A stretch of DNA of 64,000 nucleotides from Syntrophaceae bacterium UBA2280 (GCA_002347685.1 DDWS01000013.1:146472-210471), one strand, 5' to 3'. Counted from the first letter of the stretch, positions 46,322 to 56,504 are shown. A program made the numbers and translations. The notes: generated by a model from the sequence alone, not told the origin.

Positions 46322-46531
46322 GTCTGCACCTCTTTGATGTCGGAAATCCTACACAAAACAAAATAGAAATGCAATGCGGATGGTTTAATGAAAGATAAAT
46401 GGACCTTGAATCTGGCGGACGCTCTCTCCTTGGCCACATCGGTGAAGGAGAAGGCCGTCAAAGCAATGGAAACCCTGGGCATGACGGTGCCTGCAGGTGC
46501 CAAATCGTAGATTCAGAAAATAAAACAAGCA

Positions 46532-46570
46532 GGGGGCGTACTTTCCTTAGGACAGGCACGCCCCTTTTTT
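46532..46570. terminator. Hairpin terminator, usable on both strands (downstream of the minus-strand DUF4126 gene)
   Basis: Stem ggggcgt...acgcccc followed by TTTTTT on the plus strand. The minus-strand side is followed by ctgcttgttttatttt. Confidence 0.6.
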
Positions 46571-46581
46571 ATGGCCATCTG

Positions 46582-47157
46582 TCAGTTGCGGTTGCTTTTT
46601 GTCCCTGAAAACAGCAGGTTTTCGGCTTTTCGTATCACCCAGATGAAAAATATCAAGAGGAGGCCCAGGCAGGCGATTGGAATAAATATGGCTAGAAGAG
46701 CGGTGCCGATGGCACCTGCCAGTTCCAGTGTCGAAAAAACCGGATTGGCCATCCCTGCCGTGGTCAAAGAGGTTTTTGCGCGCAATGCGACCGTTGACGC
46801 CTGCACCAGGCCCGCGATGCCGCCACCGGCTATGAGCGCCATCGTCCATTTCAGGAAAGGAGAAATATCCGCAAAAACGGCCGCGGACGTCAACGTTCCG
46901 GCAATCATCGCTGCGGGGGTTGCAACAGTGTCGAGTGCGTTATCCAGCCACGGAACATAGTAGGCAAGAATTTCGCAAACCGTCGCCGTTGCAAAGGCGA
47001 TCGTCGCGTAAACGCTGCCCATCCAGGCAAATCCGTCGGGCAGAACCAGATATCCCGTAAGCACCGCGACATTCAGGATTAAAAGCGGGACAAATACTCT
47101 GAACCCGCACGCCGCGGCCAATCCGATACCGATGGCGATGGAAAGAAAGGTGTCCAT
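46582..47157 (-). CDS. DUF4126-family membrane protein
   Basis: 191 aa. The sequence MDTFLSIAIGIGLAAACGFRVFVPLL is typical of the DUF4126 N-terminus. Confidence 0.65.
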   Translation of the reverse strand: MDTFLSIAIGIGLAAACGFRVFVPLLILNVAVLTGYLVLPDGFAWMGSVYATIAFATATVCEILAYYVPWLDNALDTVATPAAMIAGTLTSAAVFADISPFLKWTMALIAGGGIAGLVQASTVALRAKTSLTTAGMANPVFSTLELAGAIGTALLAIFIPIACLGLLLIFFIWVIRKAENLLFSGTKSNRN

Positions 47158-47315
47158 GATTTTGCGCCTTTAAAACATCATAAAATGCAAATTCATATTA
47201 ACAGATCACATCATTTATTCAATGACCCTTTTTATTTTTTACAAACTTGTCCGGCAATTGGTCTTTTCCTTGCAATGGCTTTAAACGAACATAAAATATT
47301 AGTTGATATTAGAAC

Positions 47316-47332
47316 AATTTTGTTACAAAATT
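47316..47332. promoter_or_regulatory. Palindrome AATTTTGT-T-ACAAAATT upstream of the sigma-54 activator gene
   Basis: Perfect 8-bp arms. Half-site copies ATTTTGTTAC (48939-48948) and TTACAAAATT (49026-49035) lie upstream of the GOGAT sigma-54 promoter. Confidence 0.35.
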
Positions 47333-47399
47333 CGCAAAAGGTCCCTTGGGCCTGCTACACGCCGGGACTCAAGATCATGATCTTTCGAGGAAGAAAAAA

Positions 47400-48929
47400 T
47401 TGAGCATTCACAGTTATGAAGAATTGGCGGCCCTGCACGCGATTTCAAAAATTCTCGCGCAGCCGGGAGACTTACGCGATCAGTTAGACCAGGTCCTCAC
47501 GGAAATGAGCGCTCGCCTGGGCATGCAGCGCGGGATGATTTCTCTGCTTGATCGCGATAAACAGCAGGCCTGGCTGGATGTCGCCCACGGGGTGAATATT
47601 GACGGACTTGAAGTCACCTACAAGCCGGGCGAAGGAATCACCGGCAAGGTTGCGGAAACGGGACGCCCAATGGCGGTCGCCAATCTCGGTCAGGAAACAC
47701 ATTTCCTGGATCGCACAGGAGCCAGACGCCATTTAAATCGGGCCGAGCTGTCCTTTTTATGTGTTCCCATCATATACGACGCACGGGTCGTCGGTGTTTT
47801 ATCCGCCGATAAGGTTGCCCTGCAGGTGGAAAAACTCGACTCAGAACTGGCCATGCTCTCTGCTGTTGCCGAATTGATGGCCAAGGCGGTGCATATCCGC
47901 GCGCTGGAAGAGGAAAACCGCCGGCTTCGAAAAATCGTCGGCCAGAACCGCGCGCCTTCCATGGAAATCATCGGTCAATCCAAAGCCATGCAGGAAGTTT
48001 TCGGGCTGGTGGCGCAGGTAGCCGATTCCAATACGACTGTGCTGATCACCGGCGAAACAGGCACGGGCAAGGAACTGGTGGCCCGCGCCATCCATAATAA
48101 CTCTCCGCGCAAGGGCGGGCCGATGGTCCAGGTCAACTGCGCGGCGATTCCCGACACGCTCATTGAAAGCGAATTGTTCGGCCATGAAAGAGGCGCGTTT
48201 ACCGGTGCGCTTCAGCAGCGACGGGGCCGTTTCGAAGAAGCCAATGGGGGAACGATATTCTTAGATGAAGTGGGCGAGCTGACCGCCGCCGCGCAAGTCA
48301 AGCTGCTGCGTGTTCTGCAGGAAAAGCGCTTTCAGCCTCTGGGCTCGTCACGGGTGGTCAATGTCAATGTCCGCATCATTGCCGCCACCAACCGTAATCT
48401 TGAGCAGGATATTCTCTCCGAGCGCTTCCGCGCGGATCTGTTCTATCGTCTGAATGTGTTTCCCGTCTATTTGCCGCCGCTGCGCGAGCGCGGCAGCGAC
48501 GTGATCCTGCTGGCCGACTATTTTCTGCTCAAGTATAGCAAGGAAATGGGTAAGAATGTCAAGAGGATCTCCACGCCGGCCATTGAAGTATTCCTGTCCC
48601 ACAAGTGGCCGGGGAATGTCCGCGAACTGGAAAACTGTATAGAACGCGCGGTGTTGCTCACCAAAACAGATCTTGTCGATTGTGTCCACCTGCCGCCTTC
48701 ACTACAGATCAGGGAAAAGGTGTTGGACCGCAGGGACCGCAGCAAACTGTCTTCCGTCGTTGAGGCACAGGAAAGATCCCTGATTATCGACGCGCTGACG
48801 GAAACCGGCGGCAATCAGACCAGGGCGGCAAAAATGCTGGGCACCACCAAACGGATTATCCAGTACAAGATATCAAAAATGGGGCTTGATCCGAAACATT
48901 TCCGGAAAAAAGGCAAAGATCCCGAATAA
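47400..48929 (+). CDS. Sigma-54-dependent transcriptional activator, GAF + AAA+ + Fis-type HTH (NifA-like architecture)
   Basis: The N-terminus is a GAF-like domain. AAA+ motifs are [18 protein letters not shown] and [15 protein letters not shown]. The C-terminal HTH is [16 protein letters not shown]. The start is probably the TTG at 47400, after AGGAAG. The ORF track starts at 47346. Confidence 0.85.
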   Translation: MSIHSYEELAALHAISKILAQPGDLRDQLDQVLTEMSARLGMQRGMISLLDRDKQQAWLDVAHGVNIDGLEVTYKPGEGITGKVAETGRPMAVANLGQETHFLDRTGARRHLNRAELSFLCVPIIYDARVVGVLSADKVALQVEKLDSELAMLSAVAELMAKAVHIRALEEENRRLRKIVGQNRAPSMEIIGQSKAMQEVFGLVAQVADSNTTVLITGETGTGKELVARAIHNNSPRKGGPMVQVNCAAIPDTLIESELFGHERGAFTGALQQRRGRFEEANGGTIFLDEVGELTAAAQVKLLRVLQEKRFQPLGSSRVVNVNVRIIAATNRNLEQDILSERFRADLFYRLNVFPVYLPPLRERGSDVILLADYFLLKYSKEMGKNVKRISTPAIEVFLSHKWPGNVRELENCIERAVLLTKTDLVDCVHLPPSLQIREKVLDRRDRSKLSSVVEAQERSLIIDALTETGGNQTRAAKMLGTTKRIIQYKISKMGLDPKHFRKKGKDPE

Positions 48930-49125
48930 GAGGAAACGATTTTGTTACGATCCTGTAAAAAAGCCGCTGCTGTCACCAATGTGGCGGAAGCAGACCGGAC
49001 AATAATGTTACATGATTCACTTGAATTACAAAATTGTTCGATTTTAAAAATCGCCAAACGATGCTACAGAGCAAAAAAGACAGGATAACAGGCAATTATT
49101 GAACATGACGTGCATTTGCCGCCTC

Positions 49126-49141
49126 TGGCATGACTTTGGCA
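49126..49141 (+). promoter_or_regulatory. Sigma-54 promoter of the glutamate synthase/glnN operon
   Basis: TGGCAT-gactt-TGGCA. The GG and GC dinucleotides have the correct spacing, with two departures from the TGGCAC-N5-TTGCA consensus. It lies 59 nt upstream of the ATG at 49200. Confidence 0.55.
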
Positions 49142-49199
49142 ATCACAGGATCATCAGCCGCAAAGTTTTGCGGCGACAGCTTCAGGAAGGATCATTTCT

Positions 49200-50330
49200 A
49201 TGTGTCGTTTGTTTTCCATAACCAGTAACGAAGCGCTCTCTCCGATCGTGGCCATCAACGCGCTCAATGTGATGAAAGAAGGCCATGATGGTTCCGGTGT
49301 GGGATTGTTTCTGACGGATCTGGGCGGAGAGTTCGAAAAATTTAAAAACGAGCCGATTCTTTCCGGTATTTTTTCCAATGAAGGCATCAAGGCGCTCGAC
49401 CGCTTCATGATCGATCTGGATTTTATGGTGAAGTATAAGCTGTCTTTCCGTCCGAATAGACCGACACCTCCGGGAACGCCGAAAAGAGACAACTACGTCA
49501 TCCGTGTCTACGAATATCCGGCGGACTGGGAAGGTTTCAGTCAGGAAGACATTCAGTTTCGTCTGATGATGATCCAGCTCAGGCTTCGGGAAATGGGCGA
49601 AAAGGATCAATCCATGCTGATCTTCAGCTTCTGGCCGGATGTGATCATGATCAAGGAAGTGGGAGATCCTTTAACGGTGGCTGAATATCTGGGGCTCGAC
49701 CGCAAGGAGCTATCCGCGCGGACCATCTTAAGCCAGGGCCGCCAGAATACGAACTACGCCATCGATATCTACGCCTGCCATCCTTTCTTCATTCAGGGAA
49801 TGTCGACGATGACCAACGGCGAAAACACGGCGTTTGTTCCGATCCGGGAGTTTCTGATGTCGCGCGATTTCCCCGGCTACGCGGGCTACCAGTCGGACTC
49901 GGAGGTCTTCGCCCACATTTTGCACTACATGCACAACAAACTGGGTCTAAGCATGGAGATGTATAAACACATCATCACGCCGCTCAAAGACAATGAACTG
50001 ACCCGTCATCCCGATGGCGGCCTGCTTAGAAATCTAAAACAGAGCTGCCGGCCTCTGATCATTGACGGTCCGAACTGTGTGATCGGCTGCCTGCCGGATA
50101 AATCGATGTTCATGGTGCAGGACTCCAAAAAACTGCGCCCCGGCATTGTCGGCGGCCGGCCGGGCATCTTCGCGTTTTCGTCGGAAATGTGCGGGCTGGA
50201 CGCGGCCATTCCGGAGCGGGACATTAATCTCGATTATCAGCCGATGAAGTATGAAACCGTTTTAGTCCGCAGCGAGCGGCAGGAGATCGTAAAATGGAGC
50301 CAATGGGACACATTACCCCCTCTACACTAA
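49200..50330 (+). CDS. Glutamate synthase, class-II (Ntn) glutamine amidotransferase domain protein (archaeal-type split GltB, part 1)
   Basis: 376 aa. It starts MCRLF, so the catalytic Cys is exposed once the Met is removed. The GltS amidotransferase-like pattern is present. Confidence 0.75.
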   Translation: MCRLFSITSNEALSPIVAINALNVMKEGHDGSGVGLFLTDLGGEFEKFKNEPILSGIFSNEGIKALDRFMIDLDFMVKYKLSFRPNRPTPPGTPKRDNYVIRVYEYPADWEGFSQEDIQFRLMMIQLRLREMGEKDQSMLIFSFWPDVIMIKEVGDPLTVAEYLGLDRKELSARTILSQGRQNTNYAIDIYACHPFFIQGMSTMTNGENTAFVPIREFLMSRDFPGYAGYQSDSEVFAHILHYMHNKLGLSMEMYKHIITPLKDNELTRHPDGGLLRNLKQSCRPLIIDGPNCVIGCLPDKSMFMVQDSKKLRPGIVGGRPGIFAFSSEMCGLDAAIPERDINLDYQPMKYETVLVRSERQEIVKWSQWDTLPPLH

Positions 50331-51928
50331 GCACCAAGGATCTTCCCTGGCAGATTCTCTGGGACAAGGAAAAATGCACACTGTGTGGCAGTTGCACAAC
50401 CGTCTGTCCCGTGCGCGCCATCGATCTGGGCGTGCATCGCAAGCGCAGCCTGCAGGTGCCGGTCGGCCTGGAAACAAGGCCCGGCAATCTTTTCTCCGTT
50501 TATCACGGCATCGATCAGCGAACGGATCCGGCGCATGCCTGTGTCGGCTGCGGCATGTGCACGATGGTCTGCCCCAACGGCGCCATTTTGCCCGTGCACG
50601 GCGATGAAATCGACAAGCTGCGTTTTCACGTCAACCAGGGCGGAGAACCCCGCAGGCGGGGCGGTCGACGCAACACCACCGACAGCGTCCTGGATAAAAT
50701 CAAATTTATCCGTATTTCCATGCTGACCGACCCGGCGCTCGACGCGGGGCGTCATGAATTCGAATTACGCACGCTGCTGGGCCGGGTGCTGCCGCCGGAG
50801 GCCATGCTGAAAGTCCGCCGGAAGGAAGGCTGGATACCGCCGGTGCGGGAAATTTATCCGCTGGTGATCGGCAGCATGTCGTTTGGCGCGCTTTCCCCGA
50901 ACATGTGGGAGGGCCTGCAAATGGGCGTGGCGTATCTCAATGAAGAGATGGGGATGCCGGTACGCATCTGTACAGGGGAAGGCGGATGCCCTCCGCGGCT
51001 TTTGAAATCGCGCTTTTTAAAATACGTGATTTTACAGATCGCCAGCGGGTATTTCGGCTGGGATGAAATCATCCACAGCCTGCCGAAAATGAAGGAAGAC
51101 CCCTGCGCGATTGAAATCAAATACGGCCAGGGCGCCAAGCCCGGAGACGGCGGCCTGCTGATGTGGTACAAGGTCAACAAGCTGATCGCGGCAATCCGCG
51201 GCGTGCCTCAGGGCGTGAGTCTTCCCAGCCCGCCCACGCACCAGACCAAATATTCTATCGAGGAGGCGGTCGCCAAGATGATCCAGTCCATGTCGATGGC
51301 CTGGGGCTTCCGCGTGCCGGTGTATCCGAAAATTTCGGCGACCAGCACGGCAATGGCCGTCCTCAACAATCTGACGCGCAATCCCTACGCCGCGGGCCTG
51401 GCCATCGACGGCGAAGACGGAGGCACGGGCGCGGCTTACAATGTCTCTATGGACCACATGGGACATCCCATTGCCAGCAATCTGCGCGACGCGTATTTGA
51501 CTCTGGTGAAACTGGGCAAACAAAACGAGATCCCCCTTTTCGCGGGCGGCGGTATCGGCAAGAACGGCAACCTGGCCGCCAATGCCGCCGCCTTGATTAT
51601 GCTCGGCGCCAGCGGCGTGCAGACCGGGAAATATATCATGCAGGCCGCTGCGGGCTGTCTGGGTTCGGAGACCGACCGCTGCAACATCTGCAACATCGGC
51701 CTGTGTCCCAAAGGCATCACCTCACAGGACCCGCGCCTGGACCGCAGACTGGATCCCGAGAAAGTCGCACAAAGGGTGGTCGATATGTATATGAGCTTCG
51801 ATACGGAACTCAAAAAAATCGTCGCGCCGCTGGGACGATCCACGTCTTTGCCGATCGGCATGTCCGACGCGCTGGGGATCAACGACGCGGATGCGGCCGG
51901 GCGCCTCAACATTAAATACGTATTGTGA
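50294..51928 (+). CDS. Glutamate synthase FMN/Fe-S (GltB central) domain protein with an N-terminal 2x[4Fe-4S] ferredoxin domain
   Basis: 544 aa. The ferredoxin motifs are CTLCGSCTTVCP and CVGCGMCTMVCP. The GltS FMN-domain motifs are IKYGQGAKPGDGG and GEDGGTGA. Confidence 0.85.
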   Translation: MEPMGHITPSTLSTKDLPWQILWDKEKCTLCGSCTTVCPVRAIDLGVHRKRSLQVPVGLETRPGNLFSVYHGIDQRTDPAHACVGCGMCTMVCPNGAILPVHGDEIDKLRFHVNQGGEPRRRGGRRNTTDSVLDKIKFIRISMLTDPALDAGRHEFELRTLLGRVLPPEAMLKVRRKEGWIPPVREIYPLVIGSMSFGALSPNMWEGLQMGVAYLNEEMGMPVRICTGEGGCPPRLLKSRFLKYVILQIASGYFGWDEIIHSLPKMKEDPCAIEIKYGQGAKPGDGGLLMWYKVNKLIAAIRGVPQGVSLPSPPTHQTKYSIEEAVAKMIQSMSMAWGFRVPVYPKISATSTAMAVLNNLTRNPYAAGLAIDGEDGGTGAAYNVSMDHMGHPIASNLRDAYLTLVKLGKQNEIPLFAGGGIGKNGNLAANAAALIMLGASGVQTGKYIMQAAAGCLGSETDRCNICNIGLCPKGITSQDPRLDRRLDPEKVAQRVVDMYMSFDTELKKIVAPLGRSTSLPIGMSDALGINDADAAGRLNIKYVL

Positions 51929-51951
51929 CAACGGGGACTTGGCGGGGATTC

Positions 51952-54288
51952 ATGACAAAAACAGATACCATTAAAATACCCGGTGTGGAAAACAGCGTCC
52001 GGGTTGAATCGCGGATTCTCGAAGAGCGCATTCAAAAAGCCGTCACGGAAGGTTACCGCCGGATCGAAGTTTCCGCCTGCGGCCAGCACGGCATCGGCGG
52101 AAGACTATGGCGCGCGGGTGACGATCAGATCAGCGTGGATGTGCTGGGGTCCTCCGGACAACGACTGGGTGCGATGGGTTTTGCCAACACCGTCATTGAA
52201 GTCTTCGGCCCGGCCTCCGATGATATCGGCTGGCTCAACGCGGGCGCCAAAATAATCGTTCACGGCAACGCGACCAACGGCGCGGCCAACGCCATGGCCC
52301 AGGGGAAAGTCCTCATCGACGGCAGCATCGGCGCGCGCGGCATGACCATGACCAAGCACAATCCCCGCTTCGAACCGCCTGAACTCTGGGTCTTCGGCAA
52401 GGTGGGCGACTCTTTCGCCGAATTCATGGCGGGAGGCATCGCGGTGGTCTGCGGCGCGGGAGCGGAAGAGGATGAAAACGTCCTGGGCTACCGGCCATGC
52501 GTCGGCATGGTGGGAGGAAAAATATTCTTCCGCGGCCGCCAGGAAGCATACAGCACACCGGATGCAAAACTCGTTTTGCATTTGCCCGACGAGGAATGGG
52601 GATGGCTTCAGGAAAACCTCAAAAGGTTTCTTCAAGACATCGGCAAGCTGTATTTATTCGACCAGCTTGCCTGCCGCCGTGAAGAATGGCGTCTGCTCGT
52701 CGCGCGAAAGCCGTCTGAAAAGGCAGCCAGGCAGGCACGATCCATGTCCCGGTTCTGCAAGGAGAGCTGGCAGGGCGAGCTCGGCTACGGCGGCGTCATC
52801 GGGGATTTGTCCAGTCTCGACCGGTCGCCGATCGGCTTGATTACCACGGGCGTTTTGCGGCGCCTGGTCCCTGTCTGGGCCAATGAAAAATACCTGCCGC
52901 CCTGCCAGGCGGCCTGCCCGACCGGTATTCCCGTGCAGAAACGCTGGGAGCTGATCCGCCAGGGCAAGCTCGACGAAGCCGTTGATCTGGCACTGCAATA
53001 CACGCCTTTCCCGGCGACGGTTTGCGGATATCTGTGCCCCAATCTGTGTATGAAGAGCTGCACACGAAACCTGGTGAACCTCCAGGCCATCGATGTGCCG
53101 ATCCTCGGAAAAGCATCGCTTACTGCCAAAGAACCGCCACGGCTTCCCGAAACCGGTAAGAAAATCGCCGTCATCGGCGGTGGTGCGTCCGGTTTATCGG
53201 TTGCCTGGCAACTGTGGCTCAAAGGTCACGAGCCGGCCATCATCGAAAGCCGGAAGCAGCTGGGCGGCAAAATCACAGATTCGATCCCCGGAAGCCGGAT
53301 TCCCGGAGATGTGGTGGATCATGAAATCAAGAGGCTTGCGAAAAACATCAAGCAGACGCGCCTGGGGAAACCCTTAACCAAGAATCAGTTCTCGGATCTG
53401 AAACATGCCTACGACTATATCGTCATTGCGACGGGTGCGCAAGCGCCCCGCCGGCTGAATATTCCGGGCATTGAAAAAGCGGTAACCGCACTGGAGTTCC
53501 TGCGGCAAAGCAAACTCGACTGCGCGAAAGTCGGTGATAGAGTGGTCATCATCGGAGCCGGCAACGTTGGCTGCGACGCCGCGACAGAGGCTTTCCGGCT
53601 GGGCGCAAAAAGCGTTCTGCTGATCGATGTGCAGGAACCCGCTTCTTTCGGCGTGGAAAGAAAGCATGCCGAAGCGGCGGGCGCAAAATTTCTGTGGCCA
53701 CGGTTCACAAAGACGGTTACGGATCAGGGCGTGGAAACGACCGAAGGAGAGCTGCTCCCGGCGGACACGGTGATTGTCGCGGTGGGCGATCTGCCCGATT
53801 TGTCGTTTCTGCCCGGTGATATCGCGACGGAAAAGGGGTTTATCGTGGTGGATGACCATTTCGCCACGAGCGATTCTCAGGTTTACGCGATCGGCGACGC
53901 GGTCAGGCCGGGATTGCTTACCGACGCGATCGGCGCGGGACGCATTGCCGCCCGTTCGATTGACGGCCTGCTCAAAGGGACTGAGGAAACCTACGACCGT
54001 CTGCCGCCGATCAGCTATGAGCGGATAAAGATGCAATACTTCGATCCGCGCGTGGGAGAGTTTGCCGATCCTTCTTCGTGCGCGACGAACTGCGCGTCCT
54101 GCGGGGCCTGCCGGGATTGCGGAATGTGCGAGGAAATCTGCCCGCAAAAGGCGATCGCGCGGTCGCAAACAGCGGGCGGCGGTTTTGAGTATATCGTGGA
54201 CAGTGAAAAGTGCATCGGATGCGGTTTCTGCGCGGGGGCCTGTCCCACCGGCGTCTGGGAAATCGTGGAAAATGCACCGATAGAATAA
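51952..54288 (+). CDS. Fusion protein: GXGXG domain (GltB C-terminal) + GltD-like NAD(P)H oxidoreductase + C-terminal 2x[4Fe-4S] ferredoxin
   Basis: The GXGXG-type region is GQHGIGG...VFGPASDDIGWLNAGAKIIVHGNATNGAANAM. The GltD part is CQAACPTGIPV and KKIAVIGGGASGLSVA. The C-terminus carries CASCGACRDCGMCEEICP and CIGCGFCAGACP. The start may be 51925 (GTG) or 51952 (ATG). Confidence 0.8.
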   Translation: MTKTDTIKIPGVENSVRVESRILEERIQKAVTEGYRRIEVSACGQHGIGGRLWRAGDDQISVDVLGSSGQRLGAMGFANTVIEVFGPASDDIGWLNAGAKIIVHGNATNGAANAMAQGKVLIDGSIGARGMTMTKHNPRFEPPELWVFGKVGDSFAEFMAGGIAVVCGAGAEEDENVLGYRPCVGMVGGKIFFRGRQEAYSTPDAKLVLHLPDEEWGWLQENLKRFLQDIGKLYLFDQLACRREEWRLLVARKPSEKAARQARSMSRFCKESWQGELGYGGVIGDLSSLDRSPIGLITTGVLRRLVPVWANEKYLPPCQAACPTGIPVQKRWELIRQGKLDEAVDLALQYTPFPATVCGYLCPNLCMKSCTRNLVNLQAIDVPILGKASLTAKEPPRLPETGKKIAVIGGGASGLSVAWQLWLKGHEPAIIESRKQLGGKITDSIPGSRIPGDVVDHEIKRLAKNIKQTRLGKPLTKNQFSDLKHAYDYIVIATGAQAPRRLNIPGIEKAVTALEFLRQSKLDCAKVGDRVVIIGAGNVGCDAATEAFRLGAKSVLLIDVQEPASFGVERKHAEAAGAKFLWPRFTKTVTDQGVETTEGELLPADTVIVAVGDLPDLSFLPGDIATEKGFIVVDDHFATSDSQVYAIGDAVRPGLLTDAIGAGRIAARSIDGLLKGTEETYDRLPPISYERIKMQYFDPRVGEFADPSSCATNCASCGACRDCGMCEEICPQKAIARSQTAGGGFEYIVDSEKCIGCGFCAGACPTGVWEIVENAPIE

Positions 54289-54321
54289 CAATTGATTGAA
54301 TAACCTAAAGGATGGAGACCT

Positions 54322-56499
54322 ATGAAAAAGACAAAACCAATCACCGCAGCGGAAAGAACCTATGTGATCGAAAAGGAAAAATTTGTACCCGTTTCCGAAT
54401 ATTTCGGCGAAGACACGTTCAATGCCAGGGTGATGAAGGACAAGCTTCCCAAAAACATTTTCAAAAAGCTGATGGACGCGGTCAATGAAGACGTGCACCT
54501 GGATGAAGAAACGGCAAACGTCGTGGCGCACGCCATGAAAGAGTGGGCGCTTGAAAAGGGCGCGACGCATTTCGCGCACTGGTTCCAGCCGATGACCGGC
54601 ATCACCGCCGAAAAGCATGACGCTTTTGTCGATCCGATCGCCCCCGGAGAAGTGATTGAACGTTTTTCCGGCAAGCAGCTCGTCCAGGGCGAACCGGACG
54701 CATCGAGCTTTCCGTCCGGCGGCATCCGCGCCACTTTCGAAGCCCGCGGCTATACAGCCTGGGACATGTCTTCCCCTGCTTTCATCAAGCGTAACGGCAT
54801 TTCCACGACACTGTGCATTCCGACCGTCTTTATTTCCTACACCGGGCAGGCGCTGGACAAAAAGACGCCTCTTTTGCGGTCTATCCGTGCGCTCAATAAA
54901 AGCGCGACGACCATGCTGAAGCTTCTCGGTGTCAAAAACGTCAAGAAGGTCTATTCAAATCTGGGCCCCGAGCAGGAATATTTCCTCATCGACATGGACT
55001 ATTACTACAAACGACAGGACCTGGTGCTCGGTGGAAGAACCGTGGTCGGCGCACCTCCGCCCAAGGGGCAGGAACTGGAGGATCAGTACTTCGGTTCCAT
55101 CAAGGAGCGCATCTCTTCATTTATGCATGATGTAGAGGAAGAACTTTTCAAGCTGGGGATTCCGGCGAAAACGCGCCACAATGAAGTCGCACCCAGCCAG
55201 TATGAACTCGCGCCGGTTTACGAAGAGGCGAATCTGGCCATCGACCACAATCAGCTGGTCATGGAAACCCTGCGGTATGTGGCCAAAAAACACCGTCTGG
55301 CCGCGCTTCTGCACGAAAAGCCCTTTGCCAAAATCAACGGCTCCGGCAAGCATGTCAACTGGTCGATGTCCGACAACAACGATAACAATTTGCTCAATCC
55401 GGGAACAACGCCGCAGGACAACATTGTGTTTCTGGTCTTTCTGATTGCCACGATCCGTGCGGTTTACAAACACGCGGACATTTTGCGCGCCTCTGTCGCG
55501 TCCTACGGAAACGATCACCGGCTGGGCGCCAACGAAGCCCCGCCCGCGATCATCTCGGTGTTTCTGGGTGAGCAGCTCACGCAGATTCTGGACAATATCG
55601 AAAAGGGAACCGTGACCAAGGCAACCAATGCTGAAATCATCGATCTGGGCATATCTTCTTTATATCAGGTCAGCAAAGACAACACGGACCGCAACCGAAC
55701 ATCGCCATTCGCCTTCACCGGCAACAAATTTGAATTCCGCGCAGTGGGCTCTTCGCAGTCCATTTCCACGCAGGTCATCGCGCTCAATACCATCGTAGCG
55801 GAAAGCATTGATGAAATTGCAGAAAAAATCCGCCAGAAGGCGACAAATGCCAAAAACATCAACCAGGCGGTGTTTGACGTTTTAAGAGCAGAAATCAAAT
55901 TCGTCCGCCCTGTCCTGTTCAACGGAGACAACTACACGAAAGAGTGGGAACTTGAAGCCAAAAAGCGCGGTCTGCCCAACGAGAAGACCACCCCGCCTGC
56001 GCTCAGGGCGCTGGTGACGGAAAAGGCCTTGAATCTGTTTGAAAAATATGAAGTTCTCTCCAGAGTGGAACTCAAATCGCGACAGCTGATTCACCTGGAG
56101 CGCTACATCAAGGATCTGGAAATCGAAGTGAAATGCCTCAACACCATCTGCATGAGCCAGATCATTCCCGCGGCGGTTGCCTATCAGCAAACGCTGGCCG
56201 GGGCAATCAACAAAACGAAGGAAGCTTTGGGGTCAGCGGGCGTTTTATCCTCGCAGATCGAGCTTTTGAAAAAGATGCTCGAACTCATCAACAATATCTA
56301 TATCACAAACAAGGATATTCAGGTCAAAGTGGCGACGGCCGAGACGATCCATGATGAGCAGAAGAAAGCCGAAATGCTCGCATCCAAGGTTAAACCGAAG
56401 ATGGACGAGCTGCGCGAATACGCGGACGCTCTGGAAAATCTCGTGGACGATGAAATCTGGCCCCTGCCGAAATTCTGGGAAATGCTGTTTATCTGCTAG
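54322..56499 (+). CDS. glnN: Glutamine synthetase type III
   Basis: 725 aa. The length and the N-terminus (YFGEDTFN...MK..LPK..FKKL) are typical of GSIII, and the core motif NGSGKHVNWS is present. Confidence 0.9.
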   Translation: MKKTKPITAAERTYVIEKEKFVPVSEYFGEDTFNARVMKDKLPKNIFKKLMDAVNEDVHLDEETANVVAHAMKEWALEKGATHFAHWFQPMTGITAEKHDAFVDPIAPGEVIERFSGKQLVQGEPDASSFPSGGIRATFEARGYTAWDMSSPAFIKRNGISTTLCIPTVFISYTGQALDKKTPLLRSIRALNKSATTMLKLLGVKNVKKVYSNLGPEQEYFLIDMDYYYKRQDLVLGGRTVVGAPPPKGQELEDQYFGSIKERISSFMHDVEEELFKLGIPAKTRHNEVAPSQYELAPVYEEANLAIDHNQLVMETLRYVAKKHRLAALLHEKPFAKINGSGKHVNWSMSDNNDNNLLNPGTTPQDNIVFLVFLIATIRAVYKHADILRASVASYGNDHRLGANEAPPAIISVFLGEQLTQILDNIEKGTVTKATNAEIIDLGISSLYQVSKDNTDRNRTSPFAFTGNKFEFRAVGSSQSISTQVIALNTIVAESIDEIAEKIRQKATNAKNINQAVFDVLRAEIKFVRPVLFNGDNYTKEWELEAKKRGLPNEKTTPPALRALVTEKALNLFEKYEVLSRVELKSRQLIHLERYIKDLEIEVKCLNTICMSQIIPAAVAYQQTLAGAINKTKEALGSAGVLSSQIELLKKMLELINNIYITNKDIQVKVATAETIHDEQKKAEMLASKVKPKMDELREYADALENLVDDEIWPLPKFWEMLFIC

Positions 56500-56504
56500 G
56501 GAAA

